From Oscillospiraceae bacterium (GTDB lineage Bacteria > Bacillota > Clostridia > Oscillospirales > CAG-272), in assembly GCA_015063455.1 (NCBI GenBank), contig SVUC01000003.1:1-46549 (forward strand): DNA of 46,549 bases, written 5' to 3'. Made by a program: the position numbers and the translations under genes. Within the stretch, counting starts at the first letter, position 1, and each line of letters opens with the position of its first letter. This document shows positions 46,111 through 46,549 of the stretch, one piece after another. A model generated the notes under the pieces. It ran no database searches. It was not told where the DNA came from and saw only the letters and a list, made by a program, of their open reading frames with translations.

Positions 46111-46549
46111 TCAATAATTCTCGAGAAACGAATGCATCTCGCCGTCCAGCTTGTACGCGGGGAGAGTGTCGATGTTCGCGCGGTGGATCGAGTTGAAGAT
46201 GTTTTTCTCAATGTCGGGATTGTTTTTCTTCAGCTCGCGGATCAGCGCCTTCGTCTCGCGTCTTTTCGATGCGTTCTCGTCGATCTCCGCTTCCTCCGTC
46301 ATTTTGCAGGCGCACTGCAGAAACTCGAGTCCGTTGTACCTCGCCCACGCGATGATCGAGTCCTCGTGAACCTTGTACAGCGGGCGGATCAGCTCCATAC
46401 CTTCGTAATTGGTGCTGTGCAGCTTAGGGAGCATACCCTGTATCTGCGCGCCCCACAGCATTCCCATAAGCGTCGTCTCGATCACGTCGGAGAAGTGATG
46501 ACCGAGCGCGATCTTGTTGCAGCCGAGGGATTTTGCAAAGCTGTAGAGA
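46111..46549 (-). CDS. ttcA: tRNA 2-thiocytidine biosynthesis TtcA-family protein (5' truncated)
   Basis: Frame runs off the window: LGCNKIALGHHFSDVIET, LIRPL, CAC, SKR.E.K. Confidence 0.85.
   Translation of the reverse strand, partial: LYSFAKSLGCNKIALGHHFSDVIETTLMGMLWGAQIQGMLPKLHSTNYEGMELIRPLYKVHEDSIIAWARYNGLEFLQCACKMTEEAEIDENASKRRETKALIRELKKNNPDIEKNIFNSIHRANIDTLPAYKLDGEMHSFLENY

Overview
A 46.5-kb chromosomal segment, most likely from a spore-forming Clostridia (Oscillospiraceae/Ruminococcaceae-like; inferred from spoIIE, addAB, rnmV, DUF1292 and a clostridial-type 6S RNA). Gene content is mostly housekeeping: spoIIE 3' end, rnmV, holA, DUF1385-prmC, leuA, cimA, ddl, addB-addA, metA, rnz, galK, rlmH, a lone GyrB/ParE-type subunit, potABCD, an acyl-CoA dehydratase/activator pair and partial ttcA. 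No transposase, integrase, phage gene or CRISPR-cas locus is visible. The most striking unexplained signal is non-coding. Five copies (four loci) of a ~350-500 bp intergenic element form a long dyad whose arms carry paired side hairpins, giving stacked four-way junctions around an asymmetric core. The copies show compensatory changes, GNA triloops on one strand, shuffled modules, a variable number of tiers and one inverted interior. This suggests an uncharacterised REPIN/MITE-like ssDNA element or a large structured RNA. Also present: a 66/93-bp palindromic tandem array upstream of the 6S-like RNA, two further REP-like families, a perfect antisense sigma-A promoter aimed through a DUF2974 gene toward holA, a catalytically degenerate M23 protein and a probable SecB-like chaperone. 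All calls come from manual reading; no searches were run.
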